This document shows positions 24,401-38,506 of a stretch of DNA of 38,990 nt, in pieces; positions within the stretch are counted from its first letter, which is position 1, and each line of letters starts with the position of its first letter. The notes below the pieces were generated by a model, which worked only from the letters and a program-made list of their open reading frames with translations, was not told where the DNA came from and did no database searches. A program made the position numbers and the translations under genes. This DNA comes from Calcarisporiella thermophila CBS 279.70. Lineage: Eukaryota; Fungi; Calcarisporiellomycota. The stretch spans positions 19,393-58,382 of the forward strand of contig NW_027192219.1 of NCBI RefSeq assembly GCF_041956535.1, in the 5' to 3' direction.

Positions 24401-27195
24401 TCATGAATATGAAGGCTGATGGATGGGTGGGGAGTTGACCAAAGGAGCAATCTCACTTAGGTTGAATCGACTATCAATAAGAAAGCATCAGTGTCATCGT
24501 CCCATTCCATCCAAGAGAAACTCATAATTTACCAGATCGGACACGATCCACTCATTTTTAACCATTGAACGATGCATGAATGATGGAATAGATGATTACA
24601 CGGTAGCAAAAGCCCTATCTCGCCAATTGAATAGAGCTCCTGACACACTGCGCAGCCCATCTCTTTTGCCACATGCTCTTTTTTAATTTCTGCCTTGGCA
24701 AGGCTCTTGATCACTCTGTCAGAGGCAGGAAGCGGGCGAATTTCACTATGGAAAATTAAGGTCTATGTCATTACATACAAACGCTTCGCTAAGAAGAGTA
24801 GCTTTACCTAGCCTGGTCCATTGACTGATTGAGGACATCCTGCAGCTCTTCTTCACTCCATACATAATCGCCAGCCTGAGCATGAGAGTCAGCCATGTCA
24901 GAGAGTTCTGCGAGCCGCTCGTTTTCGAGAAGAGTTTGGTAAACTAGCTCAGCATTTAAATCACGCGAGCTCTGCAGCTCCAGTTGACGAATCCGCTCCT
25001 CAAGTCGATATCGTCGGTTCACTCGGGCGAATCTAAGGGAAACCATAATTAATAACCATCGATAACCTCATTTTGACGTCATTATGGGCATACGAGGCAA
25101 TCATGGGTCGAATTCGCTGCATGGTATTTTCAAAGAGTTCGCTTTCGGCTTCTTCCTCGCGCTCCTCTTCCAAATAGCTGTTCCGAAGCCACTGCAATCT
25201 CTGCTCGGTCTCCATCTGCATAATGCGCAGAAGCCGCTGCGCGCTTTCTGAAATGTTCCGCGCCCACATTGTGGAAAAACCGTACTCCGATGTAGAAGCA
25301 GTATTGCTGCGAATAATGTCGCGAAGTATGTTAATAAACTGCTCGGCGGCATGCATGCCCGTGCTATTATCGCCGTTGGCTGCTTCCGATGCCAAATAGA
25401 CACTTCCATCATCCTCGCTCTCCTCATTTTCCTCGTCGTTTTCAAATTCAGAGGCGGTTTCCCACTCGAACTGCTGTCTCGACCAAAATCCCTCCTCTCC
25501 CTCCCCGTTTCCCTCTCTAGGTTCATCCTCGCTTTCTTCTGCCGCTGCCTCAGCCATCCAGGAATGTACCAGTCGGAAATTGGTTTCCAAGTCACCTCTT
25601 CTGGGGTCGACCTCTCCATCCTCGCCATCACGGCGCGAATCTCCATCGGTGCTCTCTTCATCCCATGCTGGGTGGGAAATCGGTTCGGCTGTAGTATTGG
25701 AATTTTCCAGCCGATCGTAGATTTCTTTCATCTCCTGCATAGTACGACAGAAAAGGTTCCTATTTAATATGCTTGTAATAATAGTTTCAAAGTTTGATTT
25801 TACTTCAGATGAGAGCAAAGTGTGACATGCAGGACAACGCAAACGGGGTATCCTCTGGGTCCATAAGAGTCGTGAATCATGAGAAATGCTATCCATGGTA
25901 TCGGAATAGGATTCGAAAAGGGAATACGTTTCACGATGAGGCTAGAGCAAAAATATATAAACAAATAAAACTTCGGTTCGCGCTCAATATATAGTTTAAT
26001 CAAGTAAGTACCCTGTAAGGGAAATGTGCATGACAGGAACGACACTCAATCCAACAACGAGACTGGGGCACGAAGGTGGGGTCACAATCACCTGGAACCT
26101 CTAAGGATGTGGAAAAAGCATCCGAAAGTGACTGAGAAAGTTGTACGGGTTAGAGTATGTCTGGGTAAAGTGGGAAGAAAAAAAAGCTTATATACACACC
26201 TCTAGTTCATAATGATTATTTTGTATGTCACGCTCCGAAGCACTATAAATATGCTCGTATAAACTACTGGTGCCTTCATTTTTCCGGCCGGATAAACCAT
26301 CGTCGTTGGCATCAGATATAATGGCAGACTCGGTATCATCGTGCTAAATTATGATGATTATAGCATCAACCGAATTAAATATAGGACCAGAGAAAAAAGT
26401 AACCAAAAATCACTCCTAACCTCCTCCAGAAGATCGCTCCCATAATCTCGGTAGCTGCTTAATCGTCTTTGCCAGCTCCAAATACTACGATTATCCACGT
26501 GAGAATATTCGGTACTTTCGCTAACAACACATGGGCGCGAATTTTCACTTGAGGCATCAGATTCGTTCTATATTATAAAATTATAAGACAATATATCAAT
26601 ATGCTTGAATTAGCCGTCATCATGAGTATATTTACTTCGCTCAAAGCAGACCGGTGTCTATAAATCATCTCGATGAAGTTATTACTCCTTGGTTCCTCAT
26701 TTAAACTAAAAATCGTGTCTCTTTCGGACGCCTCCCCAAATTCACTCTCATCCGACATCAGATCCAACTACAATAGGAGAGTATTATAATCTATTATTTT
26801 CAATATTTTCACGCCACTACAAATTCTATTACTTCAACTTCGCGTCCGGTTACGCTATGCGAATCTATTGAGCTAAATATGAATCCACAGTCATTGCATA
26901 AATATTGTGAATCGGGTCTGACTCTAGTGATTGCTCGACTCAAGAAGTTTTCGTGAACCCCTGCATCATCTGTGCCAATGTTTAGCATGTAAGAGCTAGT
27001 GGCAAACTTAATTCAAATGCATTGTTATTGTGAATTTAGCAAACTCCGCGTTATGGAAAAAGCTACCCGATCTAAATTTCTCCCATTACATCTAGAGCAT
27101 TGGATTCTCGAAGGGAGAGATGAAGGCTTGAATTCATCCCACTGGCTAGAATGAGTGGAGCCCGTGTCGCTATTAGTGTCGAAGATGTTCCACAT
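24401..27195 (-). CDS. RING-H2 E3 ubiquitin ligase (RNF115/RNF126-like C-terminus), multi-exon; 5' end uncertain
   Basis: CAVCQE...LPCNHLFHHSCIVQWL..SGSCPIC|R preceded by GDYVWS..LQDVL. Upstream exons can be joined in frame by GT-AG introns back to ~26970; the first junction is unresolved. Confidence 0.8.
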
Positions 27196-27769
27196 ACGGG
27201 GCACGCGAATGGCTTTTTTAAATTTCAATAACAATATAGGTAAGCTACAGTAGATCAGAATGGGCGACTAGATTCTAGTGGATTCGTTGGAGAAAAGTAG
27301 CTTTAATATAACGGATGTCAAAACCCAGTGGAGAATAGTTTTTTAGATACAAGAATTCGAAAAAATATTCAAAACTCGAAATGTCCATGTTACACGGTGA
27401 CGTTGCCAATAATGAAATAGAATTCGCCATTCTTGACTAGCGACGAGAATAAGGTGCGGTTCAAACCGATAACAACAGCGACTTTAAACCCTCTGGTCAA
27501 TGAAGGTATTTAGTGTATAAAGAATGCAAAAATATCCCTAGAAAAATCTTGCTATATCCTGTAATGTCATATATTGCCAATCCTCACTCAAAGATCATAG
27601 CGTTCATATTCTATGATAACCGGTTCTAATTACAACAAAATTGTTGGCAATTATCTGGTATGGTACATGATTACTAAGATAATATTAAACAAGGCCACAA
27701 TTTCTCTAAAGCTCAATCATATAAAAAAATGAGTTTAGTATTTTGAAAAAGCATATCAAGGCAAAAAAG

Positions 27770-27842
27770 CGCCCAACGTGGGGGTCGAACCCACAACCTT
27801 GAGATTAAGAGTCTCACGCTCTACCGATTGAGCTAGCCGGGC
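27770..27842 (-). tRNA. tRNA-Lys (CTT), intronless
   Basis: GCCCGGCTAGCTCAATCGGTAGAGCGTGAGACTCTTAATCTCAAGGTTGTGGGTTCGACCCCCACGTTGGGCG, 73 nt, followed by a T6 Pol III terminator. Confidence 0.98.
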
Positions 27843-27955
27843 TGAGGCTGACATTGAGCCGAGACAAACGTATACAACCAGTTTTGTGGCGCAGCAGTTT
27901 TTTTATTCAAGTCATTAATGTGCCCCTGGTCGAACTTCAACATACTCTCCAAAGA

Positions 27956-28435
27956 ATGCTTGCTACTCGCTCCCTAATTCGTCTTAGTGCGCTCACTCCC
28001 GCTCTCCAACGCGCTACTCCAAGTATTCGCGTCCTGCATACAGAGGCAGAACAGAAGAAAATACAGCGCCCTCTCTCCCCATGGATGATCTACAAGCCTC
28101 AACTCACTTCAACACTATCCATCATGCATCGTGTAACTGGTGCAGCTCTCGCTACTGGTCTCTACGGGGTCGCCATCGCTTATGGTGTTGGACCCCTCGT
28201 AGGTGCTGAAATCAGCTCCGAAACCATTGTAGAAATGACATCCCAGATCCCGGCTGGCTTGAAGACTGCCGGCAAATTCGCACTGGCTTTCCCGTTTTGC
28301 TTCCATTCCCTCAATGGAATTCGGCATCTTATGTGGGATACGGGCAGGTCGCTCACTGTACCTGGAGTTTACAAGAGCGGATATATAGTCTTGGCTGGGA
28401 CGGTACTCGGTACAGGTTATTTGACGTTGTTTTAA
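27956..28435 (+). CDS. SDH3: succinate dehydrogenase cytochrome b560 subunit (intronless, 159 aa)
   Basis: Mitochondrial presequence MLATRSLIRL, RPLSP, SIMHRVTG and FHSLNGIRHLMWD. Confidence 0.96.
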   Translation: MLATRSLIRLSALTPALQRATPSIRVLHTEAEQKKIQRPLSPWMIYKPQLTSTLSIMHRVTGAALATGLYGVAIAYGVGPLVGAEISSETIVEMTSQIPAGLKTAGKFALAFPFCFHSLNGIRHLMWDTGRSLTVPGVYKSGYIVLAGTVLGTGYLTLF

Positions 28436-29801
28436 GTATTTTGAATAAAACGGAAATATTGTGTTATAAAAAAAGTCTATTGTCACGGATTATCGAATGC
28501 ATTGCACTTGCTTCTTTTTATCCTGAATATGAAGACTTACCTGCCCTCTTTTCCCTCCAATTTATATGCTAAAGCGATTTTATATATGAACAATATTTGC
28601 ATGCCCTTTAACATGTAATGGTATACTAGTTTTATAATTGATGCTACCATGATTCTTGAAATTGGTATAAGGCGATAAATGCCATTACAAAAATATACTC
28701 ACAAAATCGTAATGTTGCTCCAATTGATAGTAAAACATGAATGGCTCTGAAGTAGTCAGCTTTATGATACCTTTCTCTTAATAGTGTGGATGTGCTAGAA
28801 AAACAGGTCTTCGGTATATTGTTTTCATATTTCTATCCCTACTATAACCTTAGCAAAACATCCTGATATAATCAAAATAGACATTGATTATGGCACGTGA
28901 CTTTTTGAAATGCCAGTGTGCGATATGTAGTATTAGATTGATGGTCAGTTGATTGGAAATGTTTGAAGAGACTCGAAGTTTAAGGAGTAGTGGAAAACAT
29001 TATTGAATGTAAATGAATTTTTATTTAAGAGTTCTAAAATTCCAGGTGTGAAATGCGAAACCTAGCGAGAATAAAGAGACGATTAGTACCGCTATTTATC
29101 ATTCCAATGAGATGCTCGTGAAGAAAATTTCTCAGCAGTAAAAGTTTTAGGTAGCAAGCGTGTCTTTTCTTCAAGAAAAACACGACCGAACTAAGGCGTC
29201 CAAACCAAGACTAGCCTGCCAGCAAAACGTTGGCAAGGGTTCATCCCAGCCCGACGCAGGTAGTTCAGTCAAGTTTCTCTGACAAATGCCTGAATCATCC
29301 TCGAAGAAAGTGGAGACAAATAAGAAGATTAAACTTACCTTTGAAGCAAATGGAAGAAGGACCAAAGCGATGATGTCGGATAAGGAAGAGAAGAATATAA
29401 ACAAAGGTTGAGAAGAGCAGAGCGATGCCTCTAGCACGCGACATATATATACGAATGTAAACAACAAACATAAGCCACATAACATTTAAAGAACGCAACT
29501 TTCAAATCAAGCACAAAAATGAAGAGGCCGACTGGGAATAGATTAACTAAATAGGAAAGAAACAGGGAACATTGTAAACGAATTACATATGAGTACAAAC
29601 ATGAGAAGAGAGGAGTAGTGAATGAGATGGGAGAGGTGAGATGAGAGGGTATGCCATACTGTAGAACAAATTATGCCAGGTTGAAATATAACAAAGAGAG
29701 ATTAACACTTCTACTGAAAACTAATGATTTTACAATACAAATTACTAGATACCGCTTAAAACGGATTTAAATCACCCCGAACGCGCTTAAAGAGAACCTC
29801 C

Positions 29802-32405
<2,604 letters not shown>

Positions 32406-32996
32406 GACTGAAACCTCTTAAATGAGCAGTAATGAAACTCGAGTACAAGAAGGTAAAATGAAGTAGAATGCTAAAAATGTGAAAAAAGAGAGGAGTGAAG
32501 AAGAAAAAAATACAGACAATTAAAGCAGAAGTCAAAAACTTCCACTTTCTGCTTGGGAAATAGCACGTTAGCCAATGCGTCTCCGACGGGAGCTTTAGAT
32601 AATGAAAAAGTAGAATATAAAAAGAGAATATGAAATTTTAAATGGAAAACGGAAAATAAAATAATAGGCGCAGCGAGGATAGGTTTTTCATTTTGTGAGA
32701 TATAAAAAAATGAGGTCTATGTGGGCCTTATGTAAAAATGTGTAGTTGTAAAACCTAGGAGGTGTAGGACCATGAGAAAACTTGACTCAAAACGTGTGTA
32801 ATAGTCTGGCACGTAAAGAGGGAGGTAAGATAGAGTTTTCCATTAGATCGCTACTTGACAACTCTCCTTCCCTCATGCCGTGGTGGCTTGTGAAGCCATG
32901 CAGAAATAAGTTAAATTGCTCAGATAAAATGATTTCGCATAAGTGTATTAGTTGGAGTTTTGCCACCTCTCCACCTGCGTCAAATTCCACAGAAGG

Positions 32997-34638
32997 ATGG
33001 AGAGCAATAGTAACCGGTCTCGCATTTTGATCAACGATTCCGAACTTATACCTCTGATAGGCGAGCTTGCCACCATTTACCGAACACGAGTTCGGCCTCT
33101 TGAGGAACATTATAATTTTGCAGGGTTTCATTCACCCCCTCTATATGATGCCGATCTTGCTGCGAAGCCAATGGTGTTGCTGCTGGGCCAATACTCCACA
33201 GGAAAAACGACGTTCATTAGGAGACTGCTTGGACAGGCTTATCTTGGGGATCATATTGGGGTGGAACCAACGGTAGGTTTAAGGCACCAAGCAGGAGTGA
33301 CGATGCCCTCCTCATCCGATAATGTTTTCCATCTATTGTAGACCGATAAATTCGTAGCGGTTATGCATGGAAGCGAAGAAAGGGTGAGGATGAACTAGCT
33401 AATCTACAGAAGAAGAGATGATATTCAAATCATATCAAATCAGATTATACCCGGAAACGCTGCAGCCGTTGATACCGAGCTACCTTTTAGAGCCCTAAAC
33501 CGATTTGGTCAGCAGTTCCTTTCGCGTTTTCAAGTTTCCCAGTCGCCCGTACAGGCGTTGCAGAACTTCACCCTCATCGATTCGCCTGGTATTCTTGCTG
33601 GCGACAAACAGATCAATGTAAAGCCTCTTTCATATAGAATCTTGTTATCGGACGCTTATCCTAGCTTACTCATCGTTAGCGTGGCTATGACTTTCACGCC
33701 GCTATCGAGTGGTTTGTCGACCGCTCGGACCTTATTCTACTCTTTTTCGACGGATATAAGCTGGATGTTAGCAATGAGTTCAAGCAGGCAATATTGGGGC
33801 TTCGCGGTTATGAAGAAAAGGTACGCGTTATCCTGAACAAGTGCGATCTAGTTCCGCAGCAACAGTTGATGCGAATGTAAGAGGAAGGAAGAGAAATTCG
33901 GTCCTAGAAACCATCTAGCTTCTATAGGCTTATTATTATACTTGCATGTACATCTTTAGTTACGGAGCATTGATGTGGTCTTTGGGGAAGGTGGTTCAGA
34001 CTCCAGAAGTGATGCGCGTGTATCTTGTTTCATTTTGGGCAGAAAAACCGCCGCACTGCTATGAAGAAGCAAGAGAGCTTTTGGACAAAGAGCAGGTCGA
34101 CCTCCTACAGGATTTAAAGGACTTACCAAGGTAGTTTAGCTCTTTATTTTTTTTTTTTACAAATAACCTCGAAGAGGTTCTGAAGCTAACCCAAGCCCAC
34201 GCGTGGTTTAGAAATGCCCTCGTCAGAAAAATTAGTGATATCGTGAAACGTGCTCGAATAGCCAAGGTCCATGCCCATATCATTGGCCACCTGAAAAAGG
34301 AAATGCCTACAATGTTCGGCAAGAAATCCAAGCAAGCAGAACTTATCGCCAAGCTTGATCAGGTGTTCGTTAAGGTACAGCAGAAGCATTCATTGGCGCC
34401 AGGCGACTTTCCTAATGTCGAGCGATACAAGCAGAATTTGCGCAGCTATGATCTCCATAAATTCAACTCTCTAAAACCCTCCCTAATTGAGCGGGTGGAT
34501 GAAGCATTAAATACAGATATTCCCCGGCTTTTAAGGCGGCTTCCCCACTCGGAGGCGGAAGAGAGACAGATGTTGGGCCAAGCCGGATCTCCCGCAATTG
34601 ACCCGGCCCCCCCTCCGCCAGGTTACTCCCAGCAGTAG
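32997..34638 (+). CDS. EHD/RME-1-family dynamin-like ATPase lacking the C-terminal EH domain
   Basis: KPMVLLLGQYSTGKTTFI, GVEPT|TDKF, IPGNA, IDSPGIL, RGYDF, LNKCD, YGALMWSLGKV and KRARIAKVHAHII. It ends PPPPGYSQQ with no EF-hand/EH region. Confidence 0.92.
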
Positions 34639-34854
34639 CCAAAAGTAATTACCCCAAAAGATATATCCTACAGATCAATAAATAGATATATCTATTGATC
34701 TCTATATCTGTTTATTCTAAGACTCTCACTGCACAAAACTTGTTTTGAAGTAATGCTCGTATAGAAGATAAAAATTAAACAGGACCCAACTTTCAAATAT
34801 ACAGCATTCTCTGCTCTTTCTTGATAAATAAACACAGGATGATACCAATATCTC

Positions 34855-36161
34855 TCAATCTAATCCTATAGCTTTCATGGCCTTCCGTAGAGTCCGACTT
34901 GCTACTTCGGAAGCCTTTTCCGCTCCCTCCTTCAAGACCTGATCAACATATGCTTTCTCGCCGTTCAACCGGTGAATATTCTCGCGTATGGGCCCGATTT
35001 TCTCTTCTATTACTATCGTCAGTGCTTCCTTAAAGTCTGCATGGGAGCTGTCCGCGTGCTCCCGACATACCTCTTCCACCCCACATCCGCGCATGGCAGC
35101 ATAGATGGTGACTAGATTGGAAACTGCAGGCCGCTCGGTTGGGTCATAAGTAATTCCTCGAGTTGAATCCGTTGTAGCACGCCTTATTTTTTGGCCAATT
35201 TGCTCCTTGGTATCAGTAAGATTGATTCGACTCGCGTCAACTGGATCTGATTTCGACATCTTCGCAGCTGGGTTTCGGAGCGATTTAATTCGCTTTGTAT
35301 TGGCTATCCACGTGAATCACTCAATTCAAAGGGGCTATGAATTTGAAGGAAGGCGCTAATAACTTACATATCATTACTGAGGGGAGTGAAAATATGTCCT
35401 TGCCTGTGGTTCTGTTGAACATGTCTGCAATATCGCGAGTAAGTTCGAGGTGCTGGATTTGGTCCTCTCCAACAGGTACGTGAGTTGTGCTTAGATAAAG
35501 GGTAGGTTGATTAGTAAAGCGCTCATACATTAGAGAAAGAGCGAAAAGCTACAGCTTACTTGTACAACAAGATATCGGCAGCTTGCAAAACGGGATAAGC
35601 AAAAAGTCCTAGACACATTCCAGGGTCCGAGATACCTGCGTCTTCACTGCGCTCTTTGAGCATTTTTGCTTTGGACTGTATAGAATTCACGATAGAGAAT
35701 TAGTGTGCAGAATTCAAATGAGAACATTATCCACACACCTTCCATTGCGTCATTCTATTCAACCATCCCACTGGCGTGATACAATTTAATATCCAAGCCA
35801 ACTGAGCATGTTCTAGGATTCTCGATTGTTCGAAGATTATACATCTCTCCGGTTTGAGCCCTACTGCCAGCAGTGCAATGGCTACTTCACGTCTTTTCTT
35901 CCTTAATTCGCTAGGATTTTGAGGGACAGTGATGGAGTGTGCATCGGCAATCATCGTGTAGATTCGTGTAGAGCTAGGTTCTGAGAATTGCAAATTGACC
36001 CACGATGAGAGGGCACCCAGATAATTACCTAGGTGAGGAGTGCCAGTTGCTTGTATTCCGGAAAGGACGATACGAGAAGCGTCATTATTGGAGGTGGAGG
36101 TGTAAAAGCGCCGTGGATAATTGAAAAGAAGGCGGTTGGTTTGCGGGAATCTTGGTGGCAT
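34855..36161 (-). CDS. MSW1: mitochondrial tryptophanyl-tRNA synthetase, 4 exons
   Basis: Presequence; [16 protein letters not shown] (HIGH), [27 protein letters not shown] and KMSKS. Confidence 0.96.
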
Positions 36162-37148
36162 ATTCGTTCTATAAGTTTAAATTTCGACTCAACGAGGACC
36201 AATTTTATTTACGCGATATCAAGCCATAGAACTCGCAGTCACAGTGGCAAAAAGAATTTGACTCGTCCGAATCCTGCTGAGGCCGGCAGCGCAGGAAGAT
36301 TCAACCTACGTGCTAATAAGCTATTTGCAAGTTGGATGTGAGTCGCTACTTTCTCGGAGGGATGGGCATACTCATGGAGATCTGGTTTTCAGGCTTTGAC
36401 AGGTACCCAAGCCTTATCCGAATGGAGGCTGCCTCCATGAATAGGCCGCCGTGATTCTCCCGAAAAAAAAAATTCATGGGGCAAAGTAAGAGATAAACCC
36501 TATTAAGCTTTCTTCATCTTTCTATTTCTTTCCAGCTCCTCACCCTTTTCCGTCAAGGTTGAGATATCTCTTTTCTGCGGCCTCCTCGGCTCTGATTTTG
36601 GAGAGCTTCAGTCGAGAGCGAGCTTTTCTTGGTATGATGATCGAGCTGGAAACTGGTTGGGAATCTTCACCATCTTTATGAGATTTAAGGTGCAATTAGT
36701 CCCTACTTACAATATTTTTATGTCTTCTGCGCTTTTTTCTAACGTCATAGACTTGAGATCATTGAATAATCTGGGACTAACCAACGCTTACACTCTAATC
36801 TAAATTGTTGTACTCAAGCTTCGGCCATGTTTCTGACGGATTAGTAAAGTATAAAAAAAAGCAATATCAACCGAATATGGACTTGTCTATGCTTTATTCT
36901 TTTACGTTCCACTCTATTTTTTTTTTTTCACGCAACGATTAGAATAAAGTTGTTTTATTTATCTTTTTTTTTATCTACATTTTTTCACACAGCTTCGCAT
37001 AAACATTTGTATTTAATATAAATAAAACCGAGTCGTTCCTGTATTCATCACTCTCTTCACCCAATCAACCCTCATTCCAAAATCAATTTCCTTCGTGATT
37101 TAACTCATTATCCTTACCGATTTCGCCCCGCACTCATTTGCTAGAGCA

Positions 37149-37268
37149 ATGACTATCATGTCGAAATTCACAGACATCGGAAGTGCGAACCGCGATGTTA
37201 ATCCGTCCCATCCGGTCTGTGACAAATGTGGTCGCCGTCACCCTACCTATGCTGCGTGTTCTGACTAA
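37149..37268 (+). CDS. candidate 39-aa microprotein with a CCHC zinc-knuckle-like motif
   Basis: MTIMSKFTDIGSANRDVNPSHPVCDKCGRRHPTYAACSD*. TATAAATAAAA near 37017, a possible 5'UTR intron at 37096-37144 and an AT-rich downstream flank. Confidence 0.5.
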   Translation: MTIMSKFTDIGSANRDVNPSHPVCDKCGRRHPTYAACSD

Positions 37269-38119
37269 ACCTATTTCACCTCATATGGATGCATTTTCTT
37301 TAAACGGGCATTCTCGTCCTCCCCCTCATCATTGTCATATATCATATCTTACTGTATTCCTCTTGATATAAACATTTCCCTGTAATTTTTCTTTATATAT
37401 CATCAGTCAATTGTATTTTTCTTTTTTCTTTACTTTAAAGAGCGAAGAAAAACCACGGAACACCGCCTTTATCTATAATGCCACTGCTCGGAGAGTTGCT
37501 CGGATTCCTTCGAATTGCCATAAACAATCACCTTCATTGGACAATTTATAGTGTACATGTGATATCTTTTTCTAATCTCATAATAAACATCAATACATTG
37601 GGATTAGATGCGTACTTTATCTGATCGCTTATCTAATATCCTATGTTCAGGCCAATGAGTATTGCAGATAAAACCAGGGTCTATGCCAAGAGAAAGGCTA
37701 GATCAATTGTTCTGCTTGCTTTTTAACAAGGAATAAGAATAAGGCACACATTTTTTCACGCAAATTTTTCCCTGTCTCATTAGAATGCACTGAAAAGTTA
37801 GCATAGGGACTTAGGAGATCAGTTGTACCGTCTGATTATCTATTAACTTCACCCTTCCAAATGAAGAAGAAATACGTTTCGTCGGAGAGTAGGGTCGCGT
37901 TATTATTACGATTATGTAGGTCGTGGTTAGGGTAGAAGGTCCGAAGCATGTTTTCTGATTACAAAACTTGTAATGTTTAATACAAAAGTAAAGAGCTGAA
38001 AAATAAGGCTGCCCACTACTCCAAGATTGTCAGATTTATAGCCAATTCATTCTTTTTTTCGCCTCGTGAAAAAACTAGAGCCTTAGATTTCTTTTCTGAC
38101 GCGAAATAGATCTACAAGC

Positions 38120-38446
38120 TTTTTTTTTCTCTCCCTTGGGATGTATTTTTTACATCCACTTGATGATTTTTATCTGCAGGGAATAGAAGGGTAGACTTCT
38201 ACGTCAAAATCACTCAGGTACTGCCCCTGGCCTCCCATTTTTGTAATCGGATTTCTCCTAAGGATTTTTGCTACCTATTTTTGTAGCCGCTTGATATTAC
38301 TTGCTTGTTGCTATACTATTAATAGCGGTTGAGTCCTGAGAAAAACCCGGCAAACTCTCATGGACGGGTGTCGCCTACGGGAATCGAACCCGCTACCTAG
38401 TGATTTGGCTCCGGGGTCCCAAACCACTATGCCAACAAAGGGCGAC
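38120..38446 (-). mobile_element. tRNA-derived SINE, copy 2
   Basis: Reverse complement of 244-567 (~97%). A9 tail. TSD ATAGATCTACAA (38106-38117) / ATAGACCTACAA (38448-38459). Confidence 0.88.
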
Positions 38447-38460
38447 GATAGACCTACAAC

Positions 38461-38485
38461 TTTTTTTTTCCCTCTCAGGACGCGG
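38461..38485 (-). mobile_element. 25-nt, severely 5'-truncated retroposed insertion
   Basis: CCGCGTCCTGAGAGGG-A9 on the minus strand between perfect 14-bp direct repeats GATAGACCTACAAC (38447-38460, 38486-38499). Confidence 0.7.
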
Positions 38486-38506
38486 GATAGACCTACAACC
38501 CCAAAG

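Noticed and set aside
27854-27955. N-terminal extension of SDH3 in the ORF track
   Set aside because: It starts at a non-ATG codon next to the tRNA. The ATG at 27956 gives a typical mitochondrial presequence.
28500-29800. Small ORFs between SDH3 and STE20
   Set aside because: Low-complexity hydrophobic translations of purine-skewed UTR-like DNA, with no coherent gene structure.
36612-36837. U3 or box C/D snoRNA (AGAGCGAG, ATGATGA, distant CTGA, short rRNA-complementary stretches)
   Set aside because: No U3 box A/A' or terminal stem is present. The complementary stretches are short or badly placed relative to a D box, and they coincide with minus-strand splice signals.
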